32,000 nt of DNA from Rhodobacter capsulatus SB 1003 (GCF_000021865.1 NC_014034.1:1980001-2012000), one strand, 5' to 3'; positions 1 to 16,903 are shown, counted from the first letter of the stretch. The notes: generated from the letters alone by a model not told the origin. Translations and numbers: made by a program.

Positions 1-846
1 ACGCTCGATCAGCGGCGTCAGGATCAGCTGCATCGCCAGATCCTGCTTGTTGCCCGGAATGACGATCGAGTTTGCCCGGCTCATCCACGACCCATGGATC
101 ATCGAGGTCAGATAGGGGAAATCGATGCCGCGCGGGTTGCGGAAGCGGATCACGATCAGGCTTTCGTCCGGCGTCGGGATCCAGCGGGTGATGAACGGGT
201 TCGACGTGTCGACAACCGGCACGCGCTGGAAGTTGATGTCGGTCTGCGAGAATTGCGGCACGATGCAGTGCACATAGGCATGCATGCGACGCAGGATCAC
301 GTCGGTGACGGCCTCGGTCGTGTAGCCGCGCTGCGCCCGGTCACGGTGGATTTTCTGGATCCATTCAAGGTTGATCACCGGCACGACACCGATTTTCAGG
401 TCGGCATGGGCAGCGATGTTGACCTGATCATTCGTCACGCAGCCATGCAGGCCCTCGTAGAAGAGCAGGTCGGTATCTTCCTCGAACGGCGCCCAGTCGG
501 TGAAATGGCCCGGCTCGACCCCGTATTTCGCCGATTCATTGGCGTCGTGGACATAACGCCGGGTGCGGCCCTTGCCGGTTTCGCCATATTCGCGGAAGAC
601 GCGTTCCAGATCCTCGAGCGCATTCGCTTCGTAGGAGAAATGCGAGAAGGTGGCATCGCCCGCGGCATAGCGGCGTTCCAGTTCCGCCTTCATGTCGGCG
701 CGGTTGAACCGGTGGAAGGCGTCGCCCTCGATCGAGACGGCTTTCACCCCCTCGCGGCGGAAGATCTGGTCGAAGGTCGCCTTGACGGTCGAGGTGCCAG
801 CCCCCGAGGAACCGACGACAGAGATGATGGGGTATTTTTTCGACAT
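1..846 (-). CDS. cbbP: Phosphoribulokinase (3' end runs off the window; about 282 codons present)
   Basis: My own minus-strand translation from the ATG at 846 gives MSKKYPIISVVGSSGAGTSTVKATFDQIFRREGVKAVSIEGDAFHRFNR...NLEWIQKIHRDRAQRGYT. This has the P-loop and the overall bacterial PRK pattern. GGAG lies 7 nt upstream, 4 nt after the cbbF stop. The track's 94..879 (+) ORF is its antisense shadow. Confidence 0.9.
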   Translation of the reverse strand, partial: MSKKYPIISVVGSSGAGTSTVKATFDQIFRREGVKAVSIEGDAFHRFNRADMKAELERRYAAGDATFSHFSYEANALEDLERVFREYGETGKGRTRRYVHDANESAKYGVEPGHFTDWAPFEEDTDLLFYEGLHGCVTNDQVNIAAHADLKIGVVPVINLEWIQKIHRDRAQRGYTTEAVTDVILRRMHAYVHCIVPQFSQTDINFQRVPVVDTSNPFITRWIPTPDESLIVIRFRNPRGIDFPYLTSMIHGSWMSRANSIVIPGNKQDLAMQLILTPLIER

Positions 847-850
847 GGGA

Positions 851-1846
851 TCAGCTCCGGAAAAGACCGCGGGTGTTGAAGAGTGCCGAGGTCTCCTCCC
901 CGGGCAGGTCGTGATAGGCGGTGACGCGGGCCACCTTGGCCGCGCAGCCGAAAACGAAGGGCGTGCGCGCATGCAGCTTGTCGGGCAGGGCGGAGAGGAT
1001 GTCCTCGCAGCCGTCGGTGGCGCCGCCGCCCACTTGCGTGATCAGAAAGGCGATCGGCGCACATTCATAGACATGGCGCAGACGGCCGCGGGCATAGCCC
1101 TTGCGTTCGTCGCCCGGATAGAGGAACACGCCGCCGCGCATCAGGATGCGGTGGGTTTCGGCAACGAGCGAGGCGATCCAGCGCATGTTGAAGTTGCGCC
1201 CGCGCGGCCCCTCGGCGCCCGCCACCAGATCGTCGATGAAGGCGCGGATCGGCGAGGGCCAATGCCGGTAGTTCGAGGCGTTGATCGCATATTCCGACGT
1301 GTCTTGCGGCAATGCCTTGATGTCGGGCAGGCGCTTGAAGCTGCGGCTGTCGAGATCAAGCACCCAGTGATGCACGCCGCGCCCGAAGCTGCACACCAGC
1401 GCGCATTGTGGCCCGTAGATGATATAGCCGCCCGCGATCTGTTCCGAGCCCTTGCGCAGGAAGCTGGTGTTCGGATCGTCGGTCGCCGGGAAGATCGAGA
1501 AGATCGTGCCGATCGACACGTTCACATCGATGTTCGAGGAGCCGTCGAGCGGATCGATGGCCAAGGCGAGCGTACCTTTGCCCAGCGTCACCACTTCGTC
1601 CTGTTCTTCGGAAGCATAATAAGCGACGGCGGTGCCCGTCAGCGCCTCGCGGAAGGCGTCGTCCGCCATCACGTCGAGCGCCTTTTGACCATCGCCCCCG
1701 GCATTGGTGCCGACGCCCGCCGCCAGGTCCGTTTCCACCCCGTTGCGGGCAATGGTGCGGGCCAGATCCGCCCCCACACGCGCCAGCCGGGTCATCACAT
1801 CCGCCAGTTCCGGGCTAAGCCCGAGACCTTCAAGCTCGATCGCCAT
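851..1846 (-). CDS. cbbF: Fructose-1,6-/sedoheptulose-1,7-bisphosphatase, class 1 (Calvin-cycle type)
   Basis: ORF 851..1900 (-). It contains [21 protein letters not shown] and GGVFLYPGD, which are FBPase class 1 motifs. I chose the start at 1846 ([10 protein letters not shown]...) because GAGGAGGAGG sits immediately upstream. This gives 331 aa, typical of the family. Confidence 0.9.
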   Translation of the reverse strand: MAIELEGLGLSPELADVMTRLARVGADLARTIARNGVETDLAAGVGTNAGGDGQKALDVMADDAFREALTGTAVAYYASEEQDEVVTLGKGTLALAIDPLDGSSNIDVNVSIGTIFSIFPATDDPNTSFLRKGSEQIAGGYIIYGPQCALVCSFGRGVHHWVLDLDSRSFKRLPDIKALPQDTSEYAINASNYRHWPSPIRAFIDDLVAGAEGPRGRNFNMRWIASLVAETHRILMRGGVFLYPGDERKGYARGRLRHVYECAPIAFLITQVGGGATDGCEDILSALPDKLHARTPFVFGCAAKVARVTAYHDLPGEETSALFNTRGLFRS

Positions 1847-1938
1847 GGCCTCCTCCTCATTCGGTTGGCCGGACGTTGCGCCGAAAGCGGTTTCATGCAA
1901 ATTTGAAATTCGGCAACTCGCTTTCAGGAAAATTTAAT
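1847..1938. promoter_or_regulatory. Divergent cbbR / cbbFP control region with a candidate LysR (CbbR) operator
   Basis: A 92-bp AT-enriched intergenic region lies between divergent cbbF and cbbR. It holds the inverted repeat TTTCA-N8-TGAAA at 1891..1908, compatible with a T-N11-A LysR box, and a further TTTCA about 20 nt downstream. The site assignment is inference. Confidence 0.5.
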
Positions 1939-2880
1939 ATGGTCCGGCTGGACGGGATCACGATGAAGCAACTGCGCGCGCTGAGGGCGGTTGCAAAATG
2001 GGGCTCGCTGACTGCGGCGGGACAGGCGCTTGGCCTGACGACGCCAGCAATTCATACGCAAATCAAGGGTTTGGAGGACGCAGTTCAAGTGCGTCTTTTG
2101 CAGCGGGCCGCCGATGGCGCGGGGTCGGACCTGACCGATGCCGGTCATGCGATGCTGGCGGCGGCGAAGCGGATCGAAGACGCTTTGTCGCAGGCCGGGG
2201 CCGATCTGGCAGCGCTATCACGCGGGAAAACCGGCCGGGTGACGCTGGGCGTGGTCTCGACGGCGAAATATTTCGCGCCAAGGCTGGTCAAGGCCCTGAG
2301 TCTTTCGCACCCGGATATCGAGGTGGCGCTGCGGGTGGGCAACCGCGAGACCACGATCGAGGGGCTGGAACGCGGCGCCTTTGAAATTGCGATCATGGGG
2401 CGGCCGCCGCGGCGCCCGCCGGTTCTGGCCGAGCCGCTGGGGCCGCATCCGCATACGCTGCTCGTGCCGCCGGGGCATCGGCTGCTGGGGCAGGGGGTCA
2501 GTGCGGATGCGCTGCTGGACGAGGTGTTCCTGACGCGCGAACCGGGCTCGGGGACGCGGATCCTGATGGAGCGCTGGCTGGACCGGGTGGCGGACGGACG
2601 CGCTTTCGAGACGATGGAGATGGAGAGCAACGAGACGATCAAGCAGGCGGTCATGGCGGGGCTGGGCATCGCCTTTCTCAGCCTGCATACGGTGACCGAG
2701 GAGCTGGGCTCGGGGCGGCTGGTGGAGCTTTCGGCGCCGGGGCTGCCGATCGTGCGCAACTGGTTCATGGTGCGGCGCGAGGACGAGGTGCCAAGGCCGG
2801 TGGCCGAACGGCTGTGGGAAGCGATCCTGGCGCTTCGGGGCAGCTATTTTCCAACGATTCCGATGATTGACGCGTCGTGA
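1939..2880 (+). CDS. cbbR: LysR-family transcriptional activator of the cbb operon
   Basis: ORF 1876..2880 (+). The N-terminal wHTH region MVRLDGITMKQLRALRAVAKWGSLTAAGQALGLTTPAIHTQIKGLE and the later GRVTLGVVSTAKYFAPRLV closely follow the CbbR pattern. It is divergent from cbbFP. The start at 1939 gives 313 aa; an alternative start is 1963. Confidence 0.85.
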   Translation: MVRLDGITMKQLRALRAVAKWGSLTAAGQALGLTTPAIHTQIKGLEDAVQVRLLQRAADGAGSDLTDAGHAMLAAAKRIEDALSQAGADLAALSRGKTGRVTLGVVSTAKYFAPRLVKALSLSHPDIEVALRVGNRETTIEGLERGAFEIAIMGRPPRRPPVLAEPLGPHPHTLLVPPGHRLLGQGVSADALLDEVFLTREPGSGTRILMERWLDRVADGRAFETMEMESNETIKQAVMAGLGIAFLSLHTVTEELGSGRLVELSAPGLPIVRNWFMVRREDEVPRPVAERLWEAILALRGSYFPTIPMIDAS

Positions 2881-2961
2881 TGGCGGGGTCATTGTGAGCG
2901 CAAACGGGTCACGGGCACGGGGTGGTGTCGGGCCGGAACCGTCTTTCGGAAGGAGATTGCG

Positions 2962-3933
2962 ATGAGCTATGCGATGGTGGTGACCGCTCCCGGCGGGGTG
3001 GAGAATTTTCGTCTGCTGGAGCGCGATGTGCCGCAGCCGGGTCCGGGCGAAGTGCTGTTGCGGCAGACCGCGATCGGGCTGAACTATATCGATGTCTATT
3101 TTCGCACCGGGCTTTATCCCTGGGGCGTGCCTGCGGATCTGATAACCGGGGGCGAGGCTGCGGGGGTGATCGAAGCGGTCGGTCCCGGCGTCGATCTGCC
3201 GGTGGGACAGCGCGTCGCCTATACGGTGCGCAATGGCGCCTATGCGAGCCACCGGGTGATTGCGGCCGAGGATCTGGTGCCGATCCCGGAGGGGATCAGC
3301 GACGAGATCGCGGCGGCGGTGATGCTCAAGGGGCTGACCGTGCATTACCTGATCCATCATTCCTATCCGGCCGCCGCGGGGGACTGCGTTCTGGTGCATG
3401 CGGCGGCGGGCGGTGTCGGGCTGCTGGCCGGGCAATGGCTGAAACACAAGGGCGTGCGGGCGCTTGGCACGGCGGGCACGGCCGAGAAATGCGCGCTGGC
3501 GCTGGCGCATGGCTATGATGCGGTGATCGATTACAAGACCAGAGATTTCGTCGCCGAGACGATGCGGCTGACCGAGGGCAAGGGCGTGAAGGCGGTCTAC
3601 GATTCCGTTGGCGCGGTGACGGTGAAGAAATCGGTCGAAGTGCTGGAGACTTTCGGAACGCTGGTCAGTTTCGGGCAAAGCTCGGGACCGGCGCTTGATT
3701 TTCGGATCACCGATCTTTCCCGCGGCTCTTTGCGTCTGACACGGCCGACGCTGTTTCATCACACGGCGCAACCGGGCTGGCTGCGCAAGGCGAGCGCCGA
3801 AATGTTCGATCTGATCCTGAAGGGAACGATCCGGGTCGAGATCGGTCAGCGCTATGACCTGAAAGATGTCGCCGCGGCCCATACGGCGCTTGAAAGCCGA
3901 AAGACCACCGGCTGCACGATTTTGACCCCGTGA
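2962..3933 (+). CDS. qor: NADPH:quinone oxidoreductase (zeta-crystallin / MDR family)
   Basis: 323 aa. It contains GLNYIDVYFRTGLYP, GVIEAVGPGV and the nucleotide-binding VLVHAAAGGVGLLAGQW. GGAAGGAG lies 6-7 nt upstream of the ATG. Confidence 0.85.
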   Translation: MSYAMVVTAPGGVENFRLLERDVPQPGPGEVLLRQTAIGLNYIDVYFRTGLYPWGVPADLITGGEAAGVIEAVGPGVDLPVGQRVAYTVRNGAYASHRVIAAEDLVPIPEGISDEIAAAVMLKGLTVHYLIHHSYPAAAGDCVLVHAAAGGVGLLAGQWLKHKGVRALGTAGTAEKCALALAHGYDAVIDYKTRDFVAETMRLTEGKGVKAVYDSVGAVTVKKSVEVLETFGTLVSFGQSSGPALDFRITDLSRGSLRLTRPTLFHHTAQPGWLRKASAEMFDLILKGTIRVEIGQRYDLKDVAAAHTALESRKTTGCTILTP

Positions 3934-3996
3934 TGGGTCCTGGATCGCACCCGCATTTTACATAATACTGATTATAGGATTTTCCTGTGTGAGACC

Positions 3997-4027
3997 AAAG
4001 GCGCCACCTCTTCGAAGTGGCGCCTTT
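3997..4027. terminator. Bidirectional stem-loop between convergent qor and pgm
   Basis: AAAGGCGCCAC-ctcttcgaa-GTGGCGCCTTT forms an 11-bp perfect stem flanked by A3/T3. It sits 5 nt from the pgm stop. The U-tracts are short, so intrinsic termination is plausible but not certain. Confidence 0.6.
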
Positions 4028-4032
4028 GATTG

Positions 4033-7675
<3,643 letters not shown>

Positions 7676-7679
<4 letters not shown>

Positions 7680-9109
7680 CGCGCCAGCAACCGTTCATAA
7701 AGTGCCGCGTAACGGGCGGCAGACCGCGACCACCCAAGATCGGACTTCATTGCCCGCTTCATCATCGCGGTCCAGATCCTGCGATCGGCATGCAGATCGC
7801 ACAGCTGCCGCATCCCCTGTCGCAGCGCCAAGGCATCGACCGGATGGAACACGACGCCCGTCGCCGCTTGCCCCGCCAGGCTTGCCGGGGAAGCCCCGAT
7901 CACCGTGTCGGCAAGGCCGCCGACCGCGGAAACAAGGGGCAGGCAGCCGTAACGCAACCCATAAAGCTGGGTCAGACCGCAGGGCTCGAAGCGCGAGGGC
8001 ACAAGCACCGCATCTGCGCCCGCAAACATCCGATGGCTCAACGATTCGTCGTAACCGATCCGCACCCCGACCCGGCCGGGGAAGCGTGCGGCCAGACCGC
8101 GCACGAGATCTTCGGCCCAGGAATCGCCAGAGCCAAGCAGGGCAAGCGCCCCCCCTCTGGCGACCAGCTCCTCGACCGCAGGCGGCAGAAGGTCGATCCC
8201 CTTTTGCGCCGTCAGCCGCGAGACGAGGATCACCAAAGGTTCGTCGATCTTCTTTTCAAGTTGAAATTCAGCCTGCAACGCTTTGCGATTTTTTGATTTT
8301 CCGGAGATGTTCGTCACAGAGAAAGAAATGCACTCCGGGTCGGTTTCCGGATTCCATACCCGGTCATCGATGCCATTCAGAATACCGACAACCACACCGG
8401 CCCGCGCGGCAATGACCCCTTCAAGCCCCTGACCATATTCGCCGCGCATCAGTTCCTCGGCGTAGCGGGGACTGACGGTGGTAATCGCATCGGCAGTCGT
8501 CAGACCGGCCTTCAGGGTCGAGATGTCTCCCCAGAACTCATACCCATCCCGGTGGAACGCCTCGCGTGGCAAGCGCAGGGCGCCCATCTTGTCGGCCCCC
8601 ACACGGCCCTGAAAGGCCATGTTGTGAATCGTGATCAGGCTTGGCAACGACGCCCCGGCATAGCGCAGATAAGCAGGCGCAAGGGCGCCTTGCCAGTCAT
8701 GCGCATGCAGCACATCCGGCCGCCAGTCCTCCGCGCCCTCGCGCGCCACAGCTGCCGCCGCCCAGCACAAAGCGGCAAACCTCTCGGCATTGTCGCCGAA
8801 ATCACCGTGGAGATCGGAATAGGGACCGCCCGCCCGATCGTAGAGATGCGGCGCGCTCAGCGCCATCACCTCCATCGTCCCGACCTTGCCCAGATGCACC
8901 TCGGCCGGTCCGCCAAAAAGGTCCGGATCGCTCCAGACCACGGTCGTGGCCGCAAGCCGATCCAGCACGCCACGATAGGCGGGAAGCATCACCCGCATCT
9001 CCCAGCCCTGCCCCGCAAGCGCTTCGGGCAAGGCCCCCACAACATCGGCCAGGCCACCGGTTTTCACCAGCGGAACCGCCTCGGACGCAACGGAAAGAAC
9101 ACGTTTCAT
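7676..9109 (-). CDS. glgA: Glycogen synthase (ADP-glucose type, GT5)
   Basis: ORF 7676..9133 (-). It begins MKRVLSVASEAVPLVKTGGLADVVGALP, which contains the KTGGL motif. I chose the start at 9109 because AGGGGA lies 6 nt upstream. This gives 477 aa. Confidence 0.9.
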
Positions 9110-9166
9110 CGCCGTCCCCTTGATTATGCGCATCTGGTCGCCGTTTGACTCAAATCGGTTGCCGTC

Positions 9167-10438
9167 TCAGCCCAGGGCTGCCGCACGGGCGTCAAGCATG
9201 CTTTGCGTGATCAGCACGATCCCGCCCTCGGTCCGGCGGAACCACTTCGCATCTTCTTCCGGGTCCACCCCGACGACAAGTCCCGGCGGAACCTTCACCC
9301 CGCGGTCGATGACGCAACGCGTGAGCTGGGCACGTTCGCCGATATCGACATAAGGGAGGGCGACAACATGTTGAACTGTCGACCAACTATGCGACCGGCA
9401 CCCGGTGAACAGAAGCGAGTTGCGCACTTCGGAACCCGAAACGATGCAATCCCCCGAGATCAGCGAACTGACCGCACTGCCGCGCCGCCCGTCTTCGTCA
9501 TGGATGAATTTCGCCGGCGGCACGATCTCGGCATAGGTCCAGATCGGCCAGGCATTGTCATAAAGATCAAGCTTCGGCGTGAATTCCGTCAGGTCTATAT
9601 TGGCCTGCCAGAACGCGTCGATCGTGCCGACGTCGCGCCAATAAGGCTCGTGTTCCAGACCCGACGTCACGCAGCTTTCCGAGAACCGATGCGCCATCGC
9701 CTTGCCATATTTCACGATCTGCGGGATCAGGTCGTGACCGAAATCATGGCTGGAATGGGGATCCTCGGCATCGCGGATCAGCAACTCGCGCAGGAACACC
9801 CAGTCGAAGACATAGATCCCCATCGAGACCAGCGAATGGGTCGGATCTTCGGGCAGCCCCGGCGGATTGGCCGGTTTCTCGATGAACTGGGTGATGCGCC
9901 CGGTCTTGTCCGCCGCCATACAGCCGAAGGCGGAGGCCTCGGCTCTCGGCACGGTCAGACAACCGATCGTCACATCGGCCTTGCTCAGCACATGCTGCAG
10001 CAACATCACCTCATAATCCATCTTGTAGATGTGATCGCCAGCCAGAATGATCACATATTTGACGTCATAATCTTCGATGATGTCGATGTTCTGCGCCACC
10101 GCATCGGCGGTGCCCAGATACCATTTGCTTTCGTCGATCCGCTGACTTGCCGGAAGAATATCAAGATATTCATTACGTTCCGCGCGGAAGAAGTTCCAGC
10201 CGCGCTGCATGTGCCGGATCAGGCTGTGCGCCTTGTATTGTGTCGCGATCGCCATCTTGCGAATGCCGGAGTTGAGCGCATTCGACAGGGCGAAATCGAT
10301 GATGCGTGTCTTGCCGCCAAAATAGACCGCAGGTTTCGCGCGCCTGTCGGTCAGCTCCTTCAGACGGCTCCCCCGACCGCCCGCCAGAACGAAGGCCATG
10401 GCCTGTGACGAAAGCCTCTGGTTCGGTTGCGGTTTCAT
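9167..10438 (-). CDS. glgC: Glucose-1-phosphate adenylyltransferase
   Basis: 423 aa. It contains [26 protein letters not shown] and the C-terminal left-handed beta-helix region. A strong AAGGGAGGAAAG lies upstream of the ATG. Confidence 0.95.
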   Translation of the reverse strand: MKPQPNQRLSSQAMAFVLAGGRGSRLKELTDRRAKPAVYFGGKTRIIDFALSNALNSGIRKMAIATQYKAHSLIRHMQRGWNFFRAERNEYLDILPASQRIDESKWYLGTADAVAQNIDIIEDYDVKYVIILAGDHIYKMDYEVMLLQHVLSKADVTIGCLTVPRAEASAFGCMAADKTGRITQFIEKPANPPGLPEDPTHSLVSMGIYVFDWVFLRELLIRDAEDPHSSHDFGHDLIPQIVKYGKAMAHRFSESCVTSGLEHEPYWRDVGTIDAFWQANIDLTEFTPKLDLYDNAWPIWTYAEIVPPAKFIHDEDGRRGSAVSSLISGDCIVSGSEVRNSLLFTGCRSHSWSTVQHVVALPYVDIGERAQLTRCVIDRGVKVPPGLVVGVDPEEDAKWFRRTEGGIVLITQSMLDARAAALG

Positions 10439-10456
10439 GCTTTCCTCCCTTGCGCC

Positions 10457-12625
10457 TCAGGCGGGCGTGAACATCACCACGGAGAGTGGTGGCAGATAGA
10501 CCTCGGCGCTGAACGGGCGTCGCGTGGTGGCGATCTCGTCGGCCTCGATCGCGCCGAGATTGCCCCAGTTGGCACCGCCATAATAGCCGCTGTCGGAATT
10601 GAAGATCTCGCACCATGTCCCCGCCTGGGGCAGGCCGATGCGATAGGTGCGGTCGAGAGGCGTCAGATTGGCCGCCACCACGACAGGATCTGCGCCCGGG
10701 GCACGACGTTCGAAAACATAAACCGACGCTTCGGCATCATCCGCCTCGATCCAGTCGAAACCGGAGGGGTCGCAATCGCCCCAATGCAAGGCCGGGGTAT
10801 CGCGGTAAAGCTTGTTCAGATCGCGCACCAACGCCTGCATGCCGCGGTGCAGCGGGTCGTCCAGAAGGTGCCAGTCAAGGGCCCCCTGATGCGCCCATTC
10901 GCGCCCCTGCGCGAACTCCTGCCCCATGAAGAGCAGCTTCTTGCCCGGATGCGCCCATTGGTACGCATAGAAGGCCCGCAGGTTGGCGAATTTCTGCAAC
11001 CCGTCTCCCGGCATCTTGCCCAGCATCGACCCCTTGCCGTGAACGACCTCGTCGTGACTGATCGGCAGGATAAAGTTCTCGCTGTAAGTGTATGAACTTG
11101 CGAAGGTAAGTTCGTTGTGATGCCAGCGGCGATGGATCGGATCGCGGGAAAAATACCGCAGGCTGTCATTCATCCAGCCCATGTTCCACTTGTAGCCGAA
11201 GCCAAGCCCGCCCAGATGCACCGGCCGGGTCACCCCCGAAAAGGCGGTGCTTTCCTCGGCCACCGTCATGATCCCCGGGGCGCCGCCATAGGCCTCTGCA
11301 TTGACCTCTTTCAGAAAGTCGATCGCCTCCAGATTTTCTCGTCCGCCATGAATATTGGGCACCCATTCGCCGTCCCGCCGCGAATAGTCGCGATAGAGCA
11401 TCGAGGCCACTGCATCGACCCGAAGCCCGTCGAGGTGATATTCCTCAAGCCAGAACAGCGCGTTGGCCAGAAGGAAATTCTTCACTTCGCGCCGGCCGTA
11501 ATTGTAGATCAACGTGTTCCAGTCCTGATGGAACCCTTCTTTCGGATCGGCATGTTCATAAAGCGCGGTCCCGTCGAAGCGGCGCAGCCCATGATCGTCG
11601 GTCGGGAAATGGCCCGGCACCCAATCCAGGATCACCCCGACACCCCGGCGATGCGCGGCATCGACAAAAGCCGCGAATTCCTCAGGGCGCCCATGGCGGA
11701 TCGTTGGCGCATAAAGCCCGATCGGCTGATAGCCCCAGGAGCCATCAAAGGGAAATTCGGTTATCGGCAAAAGCTCGATATGCGTGAACCCCATCTCGAC
11801 GACGTAATCGACAAGTTGCCCCGCCAGTTCGTGATAGCTCAGAGCGCGTCCGCCCTGATCCCAGACCCGTCGCCAGGAGCCGAGATGCACCTCATAAATC
11901 GAAATCGGTGCATGAATGTCCTGCATCTTCTGGCGTTGCCCGATCCAGGCGCCGTCGCCCCACAGATGCAGTCCAAGCTCGCGGACCTGAGACGCCGTCT
12001 GCGGCGGATGCTCGGCGCCAAATCCCACCGGATCGGCCTTGAAAGGCTGAACGACGCCATCGGCCGACAGGATCTCATATTTGTAAACTTCGCCCGCCAT
12101 CAGGCCCGGCACGAAGATCTCCCAAACCCCCGTCGCGCCGCGACGGCGCATCTGATGTCGGCGGCCATCCCAGATGTTGAAATTTCCGACGACCGAAACC
12201 CGCCGCGCCGAGGGCGCCCAGACTGCGAAATGCACGCCGCGGATCCCCTCGTGCCAGATCACATGCGCGCCCAGAACCTGCCACAGACGACGATGCGTGC
12301 CCTCTCCGATCAGATATTCGTCGATCTCGCCAAGCACCGGACCGAAGGCATAGGCATCCTCGAAATCCCAGGTGGATTGGGCATTGCGGGCGCGCAGACG
12401 ATATCTGCCGCCTTCCCATTTTCCTGCGAAGAGTCCGTTGGTTACATGTTGAAGCTCAGCTTCTGCCCCGGTCTCGCGGGAAATTGCCCAGACATGTTCG
12501 GCCCCCGGCACGAGCGCCACCAGACGCCCCCCTTCCGGGGTCTGATGCCAGCCCAGAATCGAAAAAGGATCGTCATGCCGGCCCTCGGCCAGCGCCAGCG
12601 CCTCGGCAGACAAGATCATCGACAT
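10457..12625 (-). CDS. glgB: 1,4-alpha-glucan branching enzyme
   Basis: 722 aa. It contains the GH13 regions [27 protein letters not shown] and SHDEVVHGK. Confidence 0.95.
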   Translation of the reverse strand: MSMILSAEALALAEGRHDDPFSILGWHQTPEGGRLVALVPGAEHVWAISRETGAEAELQHVTNGLFAGKWEGGRYRLRARNAQSTWDFEDAYAFGPVLGEIDEYLIGEGTHRRLWQVLGAHVIWHEGIRGVHFAVWAPSARRVSVVGNFNIWDGRRHQMRRRGATGVWEIFVPGLMAGEVYKYEILSADGVVQPFKADPVGFGAEHPPQTASQVRELGLHLWGDGAWIGQRQKMQDIHAPISIYEVHLGSWRRVWDQGGRALSYHELAGQLVDYVVEMGFTHIELLPITEFPFDGSWGYQPIGLYAPTIRHGRPEEFAAFVDAAHRRGVGVILDWVPGHFPTDDHGLRRFDGTALYEHADPKEGFHQDWNTLIYNYGRREVKNFLLANALFWLEEYHLDGLRVDAVASMLYRDYSRRDGEWVPNIHGGRENLEAIDFLKEVNAEAYGGAPGIMTVAEESTAFSGVTRPVHLGGLGFGYKWNMGWMNDSLRYFSRDPIHRRWHHNELTFASSYTYSENFILPISHDEVVHGKGSMLGKMPGDGLQKFANLRAFYAYQWAHPGKKLLFMGQEFAQGREWAHQGALDWHLLDDPLHRGMQALVRDLNKLYRDTPALHWGDCDPSGFDWIEADDAEASVYVFERRAPGADPVVVAANLTPLDRTYRIGLPQAGTWCEIFNSDSGYYGGANWGNLGAIEADEIATTRRPFSAEVYLPPLSVVMFTPA

Positions 12626-12635
12626 TCCTTCACCT

Positions 12636-15026
<2,391 letters not shown>

Positions 15027-15172
15027 CTCTCACTGTCAAACCCTTCTTCGTTCTCCCACCCCCTTGATGGGATGCCGCCCCGCCGCCGTCAAGCCGAACC
15101 CGCCCCATCGGACGTTCTGTCATTGCCGCGGCAAAGAATGCGCCTATGCTTGCTTCATATAGTGGCACGGAG

Positions 15173-16765
15173 ATGACGATGGGCAGAGATTGGTGGCGTG
15201 GCGCAGTGATCTACCAGATTTATCCGCGCAGTTTTCAGGATTCGAACGGCGACGGCATCGGAGACCTGAAAGGCATCACCGAAAGGCTGCCCCATGTCGC
15301 CGCGCTCGGGGTCGATTCGATCTGGCTCAGCCCGATCTTCCGCTCGCCGATGGACGACATGGGCTATGACGTCTCGGATTATCGCGATATCGATCCGGTG
15401 TTCGGCACGCTTGCGGATTTCGACGCGCTGGTGGCGCGCGCCCATGATCTGGGTCTCAAGGTGATCATCGACCAGGTGCTCAGCCATTCCTCGGACCGCC
15501 ATCCCTGGTTTGCCGATTCGAAGCGGCGCGGTCCCAAGGCGGACTGGTATGTCTGGGCCGATCCGAAGCCCGACGGATCGCCGCCGAACAACTGGCAGTC
15601 GGTCTTTGGCGGCTCGTCCTGGGAATGGTCGCCCGAGCGCGGCCAGTATTATCTGCACAATTTCCTGATCTCGCAGCCCGATCTGAACCTGCGCAATCCC
15701 GAGGTCCAGGACGAGATGCTCGAGGTGTTGCGGTTCTGGCTTGATCGCGGCGTCGACGGCTTCCGGCTCGACACGGTGAACTATTACATCCACGATGGCG
15801 CGCTGCGCGACAACCCGCCGATGCCCCCCGATCCGACGCGCTGGCCGCCGGTCTCGACCTATGACATGCAAGACCATGCCCATGACAAGAACCGGCCGGA
15901 AAACCTTGATTTCCTTGCGCGAATGCGCAAGCTTCTGGATCAGTACGAGAACCGCTGCATGGTCGGCGAGATCGGCGAAGTCCCCCATCGCGCGCTGCCT
16001 TTGATGGCGGAATACACTTCCGGAACGGCGCATCTGCACATGGCCTACAGCTTCGACATGCTGGGGCCGAAATTCGCCCCGGCGCATTTCCGCAGGGTGC
16101 TTGACGGCTTTTTCCGCGCGGCCCCCGACGGCTGGCCCTCCTGGTCCTTCTCCAACCATGATGTGAACCGCCATGTCACCCGCTGGGCCGGATACGGCGA
16201 TCAGGATGCGGTGGCGAAACTGGCGATCTCGATGCTGGCCTCCTTCGAGGGCACGATCGGCCTTTATCAGGGCGAGGAACTGGGCCAGACCGAAACCGAC
16301 CTCGCCTATGAGGAGCTGACCGATCCGCCCGGGCTGCGCTTCTGGCCAGAGAACAAGGGGCGTGACGGCTGTCGGACGCCGATGGTCTGGGACGGCACCG
16401 CGCAGGGCGGCTTCAGCACGGTCAAGCCCTGGCTTCCGGTCAAGGCCCCGCGCCTTGCGCGCAACGTCGCCGCTCAGGAGGCTGATCTCGCCTCGGTGCT
16501 GCACCATTACCGCGCCGTTCTGGCCTTCCGCCGCGCCAGCGCCGCGCTGCGCACCGGCCGCACCCGCTTCCTCGACCTGCCCGATCCGGTGCTGGGCTTC
16601 CGGCGCGAAACCGACACGGAAAGCCTGACCTGCCTCTTCAATCTCGGCCCCGATCCGGTGACTCTCAGCGGGATTATCGGCACGCCGACCGGACCGGTGG
16701 TCGCGGCAAAGATCCAAGATGGCACCGTGCAGCTTGGCCCGAATGGCGTGATCTGGCTGCGCTGA
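15173..16765 (+). CDS. Alpha-glucosidase / oligo-1,6-glucosidase-like GH13 enzyme
   Basis: ORF 15146..16765 (+). It contains WWRGAVIYQIYPRSFQDSNGDGIGDLKGI, VIIDQVLSHSS, GFRLDTVNYY, VGEI and FSNHD, the GH13 conserved regions I-IV. The start is uncertain: ATG 15173 or ATG 15179, the latter with GGAG 6 nt upstream. Confidence 0.85.
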   Translation: MTMGRDWWRGAVIYQIYPRSFQDSNGDGIGDLKGITERLPHVAALGVDSIWLSPIFRSPMDDMGYDVSDYRDIDPVFGTLADFDALVARAHDLGLKVIIDQVLSHSSDRHPWFADSKRRGPKADWYVWADPKPDGSPPNNWQSVFGGSSWEWSPERGQYYLHNFLISQPDLNLRNPEVQDEMLEVLRFWLDRGVDGFRLDTVNYYIHDGALRDNPPMPPDPTRWPPVSTYDMQDHAHDKNRPENLDFLARMRKLLDQYENRCMVGEIGEVPHRALPLMAEYTSGTAHLHMAYSFDMLGPKFAPAHFRRVLDGFFRAAPDGWPSWSFSNHDVNRHVTRWAGYGDQDAVAKLAISMLASFEGTIGLYQGEELGQTETDLAYEELTDPPGLRFWPENKGRDGCRTPMVWDGTAQGGFSTVKPWLPVKAPRLARNVAAQEADLASVLHHYRAVLAFRRASAALRTGRTRFLDLPDPVLGFRRETDTESLTCLFNLGPDPVTLSGIIGTPTGPVVAAKIQDGTVQLGPNGVIWLR

Positions 16766-16903
16766 AGACGCGGGAACAGATAAGGAACACCCTCTATCCC
16801 CTTCGTCTTGCTGAAAATATCCCGGGACAAGACGGGATCGGAAAGCCTTCCGGTGGGGGGGCCTTCCGGTCGAACGGGCTGCCCAAGGCAGCCCCCCTCG
16901 GGA

